DNA of 64,000 nt from Sedimentisphaerales bacterium (GCA_040772485.1 JAXGYC010000009.1:64001-128000); one strand, 5' to 3'; shown: positions 37,479 to 47,394, counted from the first letter of the stretch. Notes: a model not told the origin generated them from the sequence alone. Program-made: numbers and translations.

Positions 37479-39308
37479 TCACGAAGCGGAGCGAAGCTCG
37501 AAGCAGTTCAGAAGCGGTTTGTATTTCTTGACAAAACAGCTCTGCCACGCCAGCTTTCCGGCGGCGGAGCAGTCCATGGGCAGGGCCTGCACGGAAATCG
37601 AGTCGCAGACGGCCCGCCAGGCGTCGACCTGCGAGCGTTCCAGCGTCAGCCGGCGGCGCAGGTCGAGCGTCTCGCCGACGTAGAGCTTGTTCGTGCGGGT
37701 CCGGCTGAGCACATACAGGCCAGGCTCGGCCGGCAGGCCCGCCGCCTTCAGATCGTCGATCGGCCAGGCCTGGCCGAACCGCGGCCCCATCGGCCGCAGC
37801 GTCTCGAGCACGCTGGCCCGGCTCCGCGCGGTCTTCGCCTCCTTGCGCAACTTCAGCGCCGCCCAGCGGTACTCGCGCGGCCGGTATCCCGGCGCGAACT
37901 GCGCGGCGCGGCGGTCGAATTCGGTCGCCAGGGCCGGATCGCAGAGAATCTCATCGAGGCTTCCGGCCGCCTTGTCGTTCCGCAGGCTCTGCCAGGCAAT
38001 CTCGCTGGCGAAGATGTACCGGTCGCAGTCCTCCCACGACAGGTCCGTCGCATGCGCCGTTGGGATGTGGGCCAGCTTGCCCGCCTTGCGCAGCCGAAAC
38101 AGCAGCGTGTTCCACGTCCGCGCATCGCCGACCAGGCCCAGCTTCGCGCACGCCGCGACGAACGCCTCGTCCAGATCAGGGTCCGCGACGACGCGGTCTG
38201 CACTGAACCCCTCGTGCGTCCGCGCGAAGGCCTCCGCGACGCCTTGCAGCGTCAGTTCGAGCTGCGCCCGGTCATAGCGCTGTTCGCTTTCGCGCACGCG
38301 GTCGCGTCTGGTTTGTGTCGTTCGCGTTCTTTTCGACCCGCCCTTGGTTCCGCCGCGGTCCGTTCGCGGGGCGCTCTTGACCGGCTCGGGCGAGCCGTCG
38401 AGCCGGTCGCCCACGCGGATCGCGGCCAGCCGTTCCAGGCCGTACTGCACATAGTCCTTCGAGATGTCGAATCCGAGGAATCGCCGGCCCAGCTTCTTGG
38501 CCACCGCCAGCGTCGTGGCGCTGCCCGAGAAGGGGTCGAGCACCAATTCGCCCGGATTCGAGCAGGTGCGGATGATGCGGCCGAGCAGTTGCTCGGGCAT
38601 CTGGCAGCCGTGGAAACCGGCGCGTTCACGAAACGTGCCGGCCACGCGCGGGAAGTACCACGTGTCCTCCGTCGAGCCGAACGCGTGCTCCAGGTCCTGC
38701 GGCCGCAGCGTGTAGGTCCGCTCGGCATCGGCCGGCGCCGGCATCGACGCGGGCGCCCACGTACCGTCGTCGCCGACCAGTTCGCCTGCGGTGCCGGCGG
38801 GACGGATGATCCACGTGTCGTCGGGCAGCCGGCCCTTCGGGTTGGCCCGCTGGTCGTTATAGACCAGCTCGCGCGCCGAGGGCACGCGATTGTCGAGGTC
38901 GTCGTCGCGAAACGTGAAGTGGTCCCGGTCCTTGACGAAATGGAACAGGTGGGTGTGTGACCGCGTGAACTTCCGGGCGCAGTTGACGCCGAAGGTGTAG
39001 TACCAGATCACCCAACTGCGGCAGTGGAACTCGGCCTTCTGGCCTTCGAGTTTCAGCTCGGCGGCGTAGTCGTCGCCGATGGCCAGCCAGAACGTCCCAT
39101 CGGACTTGAGCGCGCGATGGACCGCCGCGATCCACCGGCCGCACCAGTCGATGTACTGCTGGTGCTCGACGGAGTCTTCGTACACATCGTAGCGGTAGCC
39201 GATGTTGAACGGCGGGTCCGCAAAGACCAGATCGACGCTGCCTGCCGGGAGCCGGTTCATCCCTTCGATGCAGTCACCCAGCCGTATCGTGTTGTAGTTC
39301 TCATCCAT
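37479..39308 (-). CDS. Beta-class N4/N6 DNA methyltransferase with long C-terminal extension ending in a GIY-YIG-like domain
   Basis: DPPF precedes LDPFSGSATT; C-terminal PGLYVL...LYVGETLDLRRRL. Confidence 0.85.
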   Translation of the reverse strand: MDENYNTIRLGDCIEGMNRLPAGSVDLVFADPPFNIGYRYDVYEDSVEHQQYIDWCGRWIAAVHRALKSDGTFWLAIGDDYAAELKLEGQKAEFHCRSWVIWYYTFGVNCARKFTRSHTHLFHFVKDRDHFTFRDDDLDNRVPSARELVYNDQRANPKGRLPDDTWIIRPAGTAGELVGDDGTWAPASMPAPADAERTYTLRPQDLEHAFGSTEDTWYFPRVAGTFRERAGFHGCQMPEQLLGRIIRTCSNPGELVLDPFSGSATTLAVAKKLGRRFLGFDISKDYVQYGLERLAAIRVGDRLDGSPEPVKSAPRTDRGGTKGGSKRTRTTQTRRDRVRESEQRYDRAQLELTLQGVAEAFARTHEGFSADRVVADPDLDEAFVAACAKLGLVGDARTWNTLLFRLRKAGKLAHIPTAHATDLSWEDCDRYIFASEIAWQSLRNDKAAGSLDEILCDPALATEFDRRAAQFAPGYRPREYRWAALKLRKEAKTARSRASVLETLRPMGPRFGQAWPIDDLKAAGLPAEPGLYVLSRTRTNKLYVGETLDLRRRLTLERSQVDAWRAVCDSISVQALPMDCSAAGKLAWQSCFVKKYKPLLNCFELRSAS

Positions 39309-39486
39309 GGCCGACCATCCCCTGTCGAGCCGGACGTCCACGCCGCCCGGATCGGTCCAATAAACGCCGCGATTATAGCGCGACGCACCCCCGTCGGCAA
39401 GACCGCAAGGCGCATCTCGTAGTCCATGCCCGCCCGGCAGGGAATTCGATTTGACGAATCGCCCTGCGGAGTCTTACACTGAAGCC

Positions 39487-39792
39487 ATGGTGAAGGAAGA
39501 GCTTACAGCACGATTGCGTAGCGCCGTCGAAGACAGCCCGTACCGGGCCAGCATCCGCTCCGTTGCCCTCTTCGGTTCATATCTTCACGGCACGGCCACT
39601 GACGACAGCGACATCGATGTGCTGATCGATTTCGACCCTCAGGCGACCGTCGGTCTGTTCGAGTTCGTCGAGATTCAGGAGCAGCTCTCCGAGGCGCTCG
39701 GTCGCCGGGTCGATCTGGTGACCCCGCAGTCCCTCAGCAAGTACTTTCGTGACGAGGTGTTGAAGCAAGCGGAACGCGTCTATGGATTCTGA
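39487..39792 (+). CDS. Minimal nucleotidyltransferase (MNT) antitoxin
   Basis: LFGSYLHG...SDIDVLID...LGRRVDLVT. Confidence 0.92.
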   Translation: MVKEELTARLRSAVEDSPYRASIRSVALFGSYLHGTATDDSDIDVLIDFDPQATVGLFEFVEIQEQLSEALGRRVDLVTPQSLSKYFRDEVLKQAERVYGF

Positions 39793-40120
39793 TCTCACCT
39801 ATCTGTTCCATATCCGCGACGCGATCGCGAAGATCGATCGCTACATCGCGCAGACCGACTACGAGGCATTCTGCACCAACGACATGATGATCGACGCCGT
39901 GGTGAGGGAGTTGGAAATCATCGGCGAGGCCGCAAAGCATCTTTCCGATGCTTTTGTCTCACAGCATGGGGATGTTCCGTGGCATCGAATCAAGGCCATG
40001 CGAAACGTCCTGATCCACGAGTATTTCGGCGTCGTTCTTAAGGTTGTATGGGACACTTGCCACAGCAATCTGCCGATACTCAAGGGCTTCATACAGAGGG
40101 TCCTCGCCGACCAGCCGTGA
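39782..40120 (+). CDS. DUF86/HEPN ribonuclease toxin
   Basis: LEIIGEAA, PW, RNVLIHEY (RX4HXY). Confidence 0.92.
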   Translation: MDSDLTYLFHIRDAIAKIDRYIAQTDYEAFCTNDMMIDAVVRELEIIGEAAKHLSDAFVSQHGDVPWHRIKAMRNVLIHEYFGVVLKVVWDTCHSNLPILKGFIQRVLADQP

Positions 40121-40292
40121 CCGGGTTCCGGCCGGTGCGTGTGAATCGCAGGTTGCGCATTCGGCTGCCTGTGCCTGTCATCTCCTCTCAGAGCGCACCC
40201 GACCTCCCGTTGATTCGGCTCGAGCCTGTGTGTACCATCTATCACACATCATAGAACAGTGCCAATCGGAGGGATGGAGAAAGGATGGACAC

Positions 40293-41351
40293 ATGACAGG
40301 TACGCCAAGGACCTTGTTGGTTGTATCGGGCATTCTGCTTTCTGCCGTCGCGCTGACGGGGTGTCGAACGAGCGGGGGCGGGGCGATCCGCCTCGATGAG
40401 ACGATGGAGACCGGCACGTGGCGCATCCTGGCCGATGTTCCGGTGGGGCGTTTCGGGGGAGCGGCGGCGGTGGTGGACGGCCGCCTGCACCTGTTTGGCG
40501 GGGTCAACATGAATCCGCACACGCCGGAAGGCCAGGACAAGGCCGAGGCCGTCGACCTGCACCACGTGTACGATCCCGCGAGCGATCGCTGGTGGGAGGC
40601 CGCGCCGATGCCCGACAAGAAGGGCTGGCCCGCCATTGCCGTGTACCAGGACAGGATCTACATCTTCGGCGGCGACAACAAGGCCATCGACCGAAGCATG
40701 ACGACCGAGTCGTGGGTCTACGACCCCCAAACGGACACGTACCGGACCATCGCGCCGCTGCCGCACCCGCGGTCCTACTGTCATGCGGTGCCCGTCGGCC
40801 GGTACATCTACATCTTCGGCGCGCGGACCCTGCGGTCCGACGGCCGGGCCGACCGCAGCACCTTCCGCTACGATCCGCGCCAGGACACCTACACCCGCAT
40901 GGCCGACCTGCCCGAAGGCGCCCGGTTCATCGTGCACGGCAGCTACAAAGGCTGCATCTACGCCGTCCACGGAGAGACCGATCTGGAGACCTACGCCGAC
41001 GGCGTGCTGAAGTATGACGTCGCCGCCGACAAGTGGACAAAGCTGGCGATCCCGCGGATCGAACAGCGCAAGTGGTACCTCAGCCAGCATTCGACCCACG
41101 TGGCGATCGGCTCGAAGCTGTTCATTCTGGGCGGCTGGAGCAAGGTCACCGATTCGCGCAGCGACAAGGCGACGTATTTCGACATGGCCACGGAGACGTT
41201 CGGCCAAGTCGCGCCGATGCCCAACGGGCGCTGTTGCGGCGCCGCCGGCGTGATCGGCGGCAAGCTCTACGTCGCCGGCGGATTCTGGCAGTGGGTCGAC
41301 GACGTCTGCGAATGCCAGGAGACCTGGGGCTTTCCTTTCCCCCCGCCGTAG
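40293..41351 (+). CDS. Kelch-repeat lipoprotein
   Basis: Lipobox LTGC; repeated LFGG/IFGG/ILGG/VAGG and YDP motifs. Confidence 0.85.
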   Translation: MTGTPRTLLVVSGILLSAVALTGCRTSGGGAIRLDETMETGTWRILADVPVGRFGGAAAVVDGRLHLFGGVNMNPHTPEGQDKAEAVDLHHVYDPASDRWWEAAPMPDKKGWPAIAVYQDRIYIFGGDNKAIDRSMTTESWVYDPQTDTYRTIAPLPHPRSYCHAVPVGRYIYIFGARTLRSDGRADRSTFRYDPRQDTYTRMADLPEGARFIVHGSYKGCIYAVHGETDLETYADGVLKYDVAADKWTKLAIPRIEQRKWYLSQHSTHVAIGSKLFILGGWSKVTDSRSDKATYFDMATETFGQVAPMPNGRCCGAAGVIGGKLYVAGGFWQWVDDVCECQETWGFPFPPP

Positions 41352-41426
41352 TCGGCGCCTCTGCATCCTCCTGGATGATGGGCATACACCTTCGGCATTC
41401 TTCGCGAGGAAAAGGCCGTTTGTCAC

Positions 41427-41455
41427 TTGCTATTCTTGTCTGCGATATCCATAAT
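41427..41455 (+). promoter_or_regulatory. Sigma70-like promoter of the peptide/barrel/C39 operon
   Basis: TTGCTA-N17-CATAAT. Confidence 0.5.
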
Positions 41456-41639
41456 TTGTATGGCGGCGGGCAGAAGCGAAGGCTTTCGATGTATTGCGGA
41501 TTCGTCAGACGAGACCACAGATCCCGAGGCCGTTCTACCATCACGAGGGAATCACTCGACGGTCCGCGCGGCTTCGGGTCGCATCCGCCATTCGTTTTCG
41601 TCATCGGCAGTATTCTTCATTTTGGGGGGGGCGTTAACC

Positions 41640-41990
41640 ATGAAGGCAAACGTGTTGCTGTTCTGTGCGGGCTGTGTGCTGGTCCTGGCTGTGACCGGCA
41701 CGGCCACCGCGCAGACCGAAGCGCCGGCGATCCTGTCGGCCCTGGGAAACCAGTCGGGTGTCACCATCGTCGGTGAAGCCGACCTGGCCCAGATCGAGGG
41801 GACCGGGCCGCTGGCATTCTGGAGCTACCAGTGGCGGGCTCATATGAGGGCCTTCTTCCAGGCCAGTATGGCCATGCGGCGGAACATGATCCGTGCCCGC
41901 ATCGCCTTCTGGCGCAACGGCGGCTGGGGGTACCCGGGCGGCGAGACCGGTGGGGACACCGGCGGGGGCGGCGAAATTCCGCCTGAATAG
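41640..41990 (+). CDS. Small secreted protein, candidate C39 substrate (116 aa)
   Basis: Signal peptide ending ATA; VGEADLAQIEGTG motif; Arg/Trp/Met-rich core; Gly/acidic tail. Confidence 0.7.
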   Translation: MKANVLLFCAGCVLVLAVTGTATAQTEAPAILSALGNQSGVTIVGEADLAQIEGTGPLAFWSYQWRAHMRAFFQASMAMRRNMIRARIAFWRNGGWGYPGGETGGDTGGGGEIPPE

Positions 41991-42014
41991 CCGCAAGACG
42001 AATTTTTCCTGTGA

Positions 42015-42050
42015 AGGGGGAGGTCCAGTTTGTACAATGGGCCTCCCTTT
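42015..42050 (+). terminator. Intercistronic hairpin (partial terminator or mRNA stabiliser)
   Basis: AGGGGGAGGTCCA / TGGGCCTCCCTTT 13-bp stem with G-U pairs. Confidence 0.5.
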
Positions 42051-42087
42051 GTCATAACGTTTTGCTCAGTGTCTGCAAGGAGGCGAC

Positions 42088-43029
42088 ATGACACGTACGA
42101 TCAAACCTTCCGCCGGGCCGTGGCTGTTGTTCCTGTTCATCCTTCTGGGTCTGGCCTGCGCGGCGCCGGGCGACGACGCGGCGTCCAACGGTCCGCTCGA
42201 ATCGCTCGGGCCTAAGCCGGAAGACGAGGAGGACCTGCGCTCGGTCTTTCTGCGCGACGCCTCGGTCATCCTGCCGCCCGGGACGTGGGACCTCGAAGTC
42301 GGTCTGGAGTACCGGCGGGCCAAGACGGACGAGCTGCCGTTCGACAGCGATCTGACGCGGCAGGTTCGCCTGCCGTTGACCGCGCGCTTCGGCATCCGCA
42401 AGGGGATGGAGGGCATCGTCTCGGTGCCGCTGATTCACAGTTACCGCGAGGTCTCCGAGGGTGGGACCGTGGACTCCGACGACGAGTTCGGCCTGGGCGA
42501 CGTGACCACCGGCGTCAGTTTCCAGATCATGAAGGAAAAGGCCTCGTGGCCCGAGCTGCTCGGCACCGTCCAGGTGCGCGCGCCCAGCGGCGAGGACCCG
42601 TACCGCGACGATGGTACGGAGCCGCTCTTCGGGTCGGGACACTGGGCCCTGGCCGCCAGTCTCCAGTGGGTTCGGACGGCCGATCCGCTGGTCCTTTTCG
42701 GCGGCATCGGCTACCTCCATCAGTTCTCGCGTCACGCGAACGGCCAGAAGTATGAGCCGGGGCCCGGCCTGCAATACAGCATGGGCCTGGGCTTCTCCGT
42801 GAACGACGACGTCTCTCTCAGCGGCCGGTTCGCCGGCCTGCTGCAAGGCAACTGGGACGTCGACGGCGAGACGGTCGAGGGTTCGTCGTACGAGCCCATG
42901 ACGTTGCGTGTCGCGGCCACGATGCGCTGCCGGCGGAACACCTATATCGAGCCGGAAGTGACGTTCGGCCTCAACGACGATGCGCCCGACGTGTTCGTCG
43001 GCGTGGCCCTGATCCGAAGAGTGCCTTAG
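42088..43029 (+). CDS. Outer-membrane beta-barrel transporter (FapF/MetA-pathway barrel-like)
   Basis: Signal peptide; amphipathic strands; LPPGTWDLEVGLEY, GLGDV, PSGEDPY, GSGHW, DPLVLF, FGLNDDAPD. Confidence 0.78.
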   Translation: MTRTIKPSAGPWLLFLFILLGLACAAPGDDAASNGPLESLGPKPEDEEDLRSVFLRDASVILPPGTWDLEVGLEYRRAKTDELPFDSDLTRQVRLPLTARFGIRKGMEGIVSVPLIHSYREVSEGGTVDSDDEFGLGDVTTGVSFQIMKEKASWPELLGTVQVRAPSGEDPYRDDGTEPLFGSGHWALAASLQWVRTADPLVLFGGIGYLHQFSRHANGQKYEPGPGLQYSMGLGFSVNDDVSLSGRFAGLLQGNWDVDGETVEGSSYEPMTLRVAATMRCRRNTYIEPEVTFGLNDDAPDVFVGVALIRRVP

Positions 43030-43041
43030 CGGGAATCCACC

Positions 43042-43749
43042 ATGCGCACGGCCTCCATCTTCGCCGTTTTGCTGCTGCTGATCGCGCTGGACTGCGGCTG
43101 CGCGACGAGTTCCGACGAGTCCGGACCGGTCGATACGAGCTTCAGCGCCGGCCCCGTCCGGGTCCGCCGGCGCCTCGAAAGCTGGAAGACCATCCGCGAA
43201 AAGGGCATCGTCATGCAGAGCTACGATTTCTCCTGCGGCTCGGCGGCCCTGGCCACCCTGATGCGCTACTACTTCCAGGACGACGTCACCGAGCGCGAGG
43301 TGCTCGAGAACATGCTCAACGCCCTCACCGACGAACAGGTCCGCCAACGCCAGGAGAACGGCCTGACCATGCTGGACCTCAAGCAGTGCGCCGAGCGCAT
43401 GGGTTATCAGGCCGTCGGGGTCAGGCTGGAGCCGAAGATCCTGCCCCAGCTCCAGGGCCCGGTGTTGATCCACCTCCAGCGCCAGGGCTATAAGCATTTC
43501 GCCGTCCTGCGGGGCGTCCGCGGCGACCGCGCGTACGTGGCCGACCCGAGCAGCGGCAACGTCCGCTTGACGATGTCGCGCTTTCTGCGTCAGTGGACCA
43601 ACGTGGCCCTGGTCCTTGGCAAGCCGGGCGTCGGCCTTCCGACCGACTATCCCCTGGCCGTCTCGGAAGACTGGGCCGTCCACGACGCCATGCTGGCCCC
43701 CGTCGCCAGCCGCTACCTCCTGAGCGATTCCCTCGCCGTGGCCCCATAG
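43042..43749 (+). CDS. Stand-alone C39 family peptidase (FapD-like), probable lipoprotein
   Basis: QSYDFSCGSAALAT, KHFAVLRG, ADPSSGN (Cys-His-Asp); no ABC domain. Confidence 0.9.
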   Translation: MRTASIFAVLLLLIALDCGCATSSDESGPVDTSFSAGPVRVRRRLESWKTIREKGIVMQSYDFSCGSAALATLMRYYFQDDVTEREVLENMLNALTDEQVRQRQENGLTMLDLKQCAERMGYQAVGVRLEPKILPQLQGPVLIHLQRQGYKHFAVLRGVRGDRAYVADPSSGNVRLTMSRFLRQWTNVALVLGKPGVGLPTDYPLAVSEDWAVHDAMLAPVASRYLLSDSLAVAP

Positions 43750-44189
43750 TGGGTGCATGACCGTTTCCGCGTCGCTCGCTTGGGCACACCGCAGAAGCAC
43801 GTCCCGGCGCGCCGGGATCGAAACAAGCCCGAATGCCCCGAAATCCAAGCTCGAATACAGATAACATCGTGTGCAACGCGGCCCTGCCCACGTAAACCGG
43901 GGCAGATTTGGAGCATTTGGACTTCGTGCTCTGGATTTGTTTCGAGTTTCGTGTTTCGGATTTCGAGTTTGTCCCGGCCGGCCATGAATGGATGGCCGGC
44001 AGAAAGAGGCGCAGCGAGCCTGATCGTAAAAATGGTCTTGCGCCTGTCGTTGCGGCGGTACGGGCTTGCGGTTTCGCGCGGGATTTGGTAGGCATGGTCC
44101 CGGTGCGTACCGAGCCTTCGCTCGCAGCGCCTCGCTCGTGGCCGCAGCCACGGGTCACCGGTCACGGATAAGCTCGAAAGGAGACCCTC

Positions 44190-45269
44190 GTGAGCATCGA
44201 ACTCAAGAAGGACTGCCGCTATGCCCTGCTCGTGCCCACCAGCATGGGGGCCCGCCTGACGCCCGACAACGGCCAGCCGTTCCATTGCAGCCGCCGCTTC
44301 ACCCTCCAGGCCACCAGCGCCGAGACCAACGTCGCCAGCGTCTCGTCGTACCTGGGCCTGCCCGTCAAGGTCCTGACGACGTTCGTCAAGGGCAGCCCGA
44401 TCGCCCGCTTCATCAAGGACGACCTGGCGAGCCGGCACATGGACGTCGAGGGTCCCGAACTCGAGCAGGGCGGCCCGTGGGGCTACCGCCACCAGTTCAA
44501 CCTGGCCGACTGCGGGACCGGCTCGCGCGGCCCGCGCGTCTGCAACGACCGCGCCGGCGAGGTCGGCCGGACGCTGAACGTCAAGGACTTCGACCTCGAG
44601 CGCATCTTCGGCATCGAATGCGTCCAGATCGTGCACCTCTCCGGCCTGATCGCGGCGCTGTCGCCTGAGACCGGGACCTTCTGCCTGGAGATCGCCCGCG
44701 CCGCCAGGAAGCACGGCACGCGAATCGCGTTCGACCTGAACTACCGCGCCTCGTTCTGGAAGGGCCGCGAGAAGCAGTTGCACGCGATCTTCCAGGAGAT
44801 CGCTTCCGTCGCCGACATCCTCGTCGGCAACGAAGAGGACTTCCAGCTCGCTCTGGGCATCGAAGGCCCCGAGGCCGGCGGCAAGGGCCTGGGCGGCAAG
44901 ATCGACAGCTTCAAGGGCATGATCGAGCGGGCCGGCAAGGCCTACCCGAACGCGAAGGTCTTCGCGACCACCCTGCGCGAGGTCGTCAACGCCAACACGC
45001 ACCTCTGGGGCGCGCTGCTGAGCGAGAGCGGCCGCTGGCACGCGATCGAGCCGCGACAGATCGGCGTCGTCGACCGCATCGGCGGCGGGGACGCCTTCGT
45101 CGGCGGCATGCTCTACGCGATCCTTCGCGGCTGGAAGCCCGAAAAGTGGGCCCAATTCGGCTGGGCCACCGGCGCCCTGGTCGTCACCCTCCTGACCGAT
45201 TACGCCCTGCCCGCCGACGAGGACCAGATCTGGAGCGTCTGGGAAGGCAACGCCCGCGTCAAACGATGA
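44190..45269 (+). CDS. PfkB family sugar kinase (2-keto-3-deoxygluconate kinase-like)
   Basis: FDLNYRASFW, GNEEDF, DRIGGGDAF. Confidence 0.9.
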   Translation: MSIELKKDCRYALLVPTSMGARLTPDNGQPFHCSRRFTLQATSAETNVASVSSYLGLPVKVLTTFVKGSPIARFIKDDLASRHMDVEGPELEQGGPWGYRHQFNLADCGTGSRGPRVCNDRAGEVGRTLNVKDFDLERIFGIECVQIVHLSGLIAALSPETGTFCLEIARAARKHGTRIAFDLNYRASFWKGREKQLHAIFQEIASVADILVGNEEDFQLALGIEGPEAGGKGLGGKIDSFKGMIERAGKAYPNAKVFATTLREVVNANTHLWGALLSESGRWHAIEPRQIGVVDRIGGGDAFVGGMLYAILRGWKPEKWAQFGWATGALVVTLLTDYALPADEDQIWSVWEGNARVKR

Positions 45270-45287
45270 CGCGCGGGCGCAGGGTAA

Positions 45288-45321
45288 GAAGAGTGCGAAG
45301 GGTGAGAAGGGTGTGAAGGGC
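45288..45321. repeat. 9-mer tandem repeats GGTGCGAAG-like (also 56836-56872, 58589-58643, 59700-59778, 63500-63520, 63610-63640)
   Basis: Degenerate 9-bp periodicity. Confidence 0.75.
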
Positions 45322-45322
45322 C

Positions 45323-45346
45323 GTAGGATGGGCTTGGAGCCCATGC
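45323..45346 (+). repeat. GTAGGATGGGC-type REP (also 53500-53523, 53585-53608, 58856-58879, 59866-59888)
   Basis: G(T/C)AGG + ATGGGCT-N2/3-AGCCCAT hairpin. Confidence 0.85.
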
Positions 45347-45666
45347 GGCATCAATCCCGTCGTTCCCGGCGCGGCGAAGTGGTAGGGGCGACGCATGCGT
45401 CGCCCTTGCGGCACACGACCTGACCACCGCTTGTGCGTGCGCGTGGCAGCCTCAAGGCCTGTCCCGTTCGGTTCCACTCAGGGCAGGCTCTGAGCAAAGT
45501 CGAATGGAGCGTAGCCTTGGGGATGGCCGATACGATTTCGCCTTTGCTTTCCCGCTCCATCCCGCTACAATGGCATCGTAAGCGTGAGACCTTGAGACCA
45601 AGGTGCATCGTGCACTGTGCAGTGAACAGCAGTTGTTTACAGATGTTCATCACGAGGGAGTCTCGT

Positions 45667-46086
45667 ATGCATGCGCGCTGTTTCAAACGGAATCGTGTTC
45701 ACGTAGCTCTGGCGGTCCTCGTGTCTATCTCGGTTGTCGGATGTGCGACTCGGCCGGTATCGCAGACGGATCCAGTCGCTCCCCGTTTCGACATCGAGGG
45801 CACGTGGTCCTGGGTGCAGGACCCGTGGGAGGGCGAGTTCGTGCTGAAGAAGGAGGGAAGCTCGTACTCCGGCACGCTGGATGACGTGTTCGAAGGGACC
45901 TTCGGCGACAAGATCGACGATGTCGAGGTGTCCGGCGACAAGATCAAGTTCACGCGATACGGCCGGTTCGGCGTCCAACAGTGGGAAGGCACCCTCAAGG
46001 AGCAGGACGGCCGCCTGACGATCACCGACGGCCGCTGGACCAAAGCGGGTGACTCCGGCACGTTCTACGCCGAAAAGAAGAAGTAG
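45667..46086 (+). CDS. Hypothetical small beta-rich lipoprotein
   Basis: Lipobox VVGC; IEGTWSW...GTFYAEK. Confidence 0.7.
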   Translation: MHARCFKRNRVHVALAVLVSISVVGCATRPVSQTDPVAPRFDIEGTWSWVQDPWEGEFVLKKEGSSYSGTLDDVFEGTFGDKIDDVEVSGDKIKFTRYGRFGVQQWEGTLKEQDGRLTITDGRWTKAGDSGTFYAEKKK

Positions 46087-46144
46087 AACCGCGAGAAGTC
46101 CGGGGCTATCCGCCGGCATTGCTCCGAGGCATCGCCGTGGGGCC

Positions 46145-46170
46145 TTGGTGTGCGGTGCACACCCTGCGAC
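46145..46170 (-). repeat. GTAGGGTGTGC-type REP (also 47792-47817 minus, 49705-49727 plus)
   Basis: G(T/C)AG + GGTGTGC-ACC-GCACACC hairpin. Confidence 0.8.
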
Positions 46171-46226
46171 TGTGTTTCGGTCGGGAATCGAGCGCCCCGG
46201 CGTGCATCTTCGGGAAAGGATCGAAA

Positions 46227-46448
46227 ATGACATGGCTCATCCTCGCGGCGGCGTACCTGGCCATTGGACTCGGTGTCTTCGCCTGGTGCATCCGCAGCAA
46301 TACGGCAATCGATCCGGACCAGAAGAAGCGTTCGGCCAGGACCCTTGTGCTATTCCCCGAACTGTGCCTGTTCTGGCCGCTGGCCCTGTTCCTCGAGATC
46401 AAACGAAACAGAAAGCCAAATCGCGATGCTAAATACAAGACTCAATAG
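46227..46448 (+). CDS. Small two-TM hypothetical protein
   Basis: AAGGA RBS; MTWLILAAAYLAIGLGVFAW...LFWPLALFL. Confidence 0.55.
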   Translation: MTWLILAAAYLAIGLGVFAWCIRSNTAIDPDQKKRSARTLVLFPELCLFWPLALFLEIKRNRKPNRDAKYKTQ

Positions 46449-46534
46449 AGTGAGACTATTAGGGACGATAGAGCTTGTTGCCGGCAACCTACTATCCGAG
46501 CTTGGTGTTAGCCATCAAGGGGAGATAACCTGAA

Positions 46535-47329
46535 ATGAGAGTGGGAAAGCTGTTTCTCGTTGTTGCCGCTGTCCTGTTCGCAGGCAGCACAGTCTCAGCA
46601 CAGGTAACGTCTAACGTCCTGCGTCGAGTGTTTCTGATCAAGTACAAAGACAACAGCGGTAGTGCATTCACGATCGATGTGGACGGTAGACAGTATCTGG
46701 TTACGGCAAAGCATCTTGTCTCTGGAATAGGTGACCAAGACACCATATCACTCTTCCATGAGGGAGAATGGAAGCCAGTAACAGTCAAGCCCATCCAGGT
46801 TGCGCCGCGAGAAGTGGATATCATCGTTCTTGTTCCACCCATGCAGCTCTCTCCTGGTCTTCAGATGGAGCCGACAATAGGCAATCTTGTCATAGCTCAA
46901 CAAGTCTACTTCTTGGGTTTTCCCTACAAGATGTACACTGATGTTGGTGACTTGATGTATGGCTTTCCACTGCCCTTTGTGAAGAGCGGCATACTCTCAG
47001 CTCTTGACGTTCGAAGAAACAAAGGATACTCGATCATATATGTTGATGGCATGAATAACCCCGGATTCTCTGGCGGTCCCGTGGTCTTCAAGGACTTCAA
47101 GTCAAACGAGTTGAAGGTCGCAGGAGTAATATCGTCCTACAAGAATCATCCCGACATAGTAGTGAACCGCAATCTGAAGACAGGGCTCACCGCTTTGAGC
47201 AATTCTGGCATCCTCATTGCATATGGCATCTCGCCAGCAGTAGAAGCCATCAAGATGCGACCAGAAGGCCCTTTAATCCGACCTGTGGCCGACAGCAGTG
47301 ACAAGAGCAAACGCGTGAACCAGCAGTAG
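46535..47329 (+). CDS. Trypsin-like serine protease, secreted
   Basis: YLVTAKH, DIIVL, NPGFSGGPV; visibly lower GC than flanks. Confidence 0.85.
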   Translation: MRVGKLFLVVAAVLFAGSTVSAQVTSNVLRRVFLIKYKDNSGSAFTIDVDGRQYLVTAKHLVSGIGDQDTISLFHEGEWKPVTVKPIQVAPREVDIIVLVPPMQLSPGLQMEPTIGNLVIAQQVYFLGFPYKMYTDVGDLMYGFPLPFVKSGILSALDVRRNKGYSIIYVDGMNNPGFSGGPVVFKDFKSNELKVAGVISSYKNHPDIVVNRNLKTGLTALSNSGILIAYGISPAVEAIKMRPEGPLIRPVADSSDKSKRVNQQ

Positions 47330-47394
47330 AGGGGCGCATCGTAGCCCAGGGAGAGACCCCGTTTTTGACCCGTTTTTGCCACGGAGAAACCGGT

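Noticed and set aside
46480..46515. attC-like GGCAAC...GTTAGCC (also GCCCAAC near 61530)
   Set aside because: Too short, no clear L boxes and no integrase in the window
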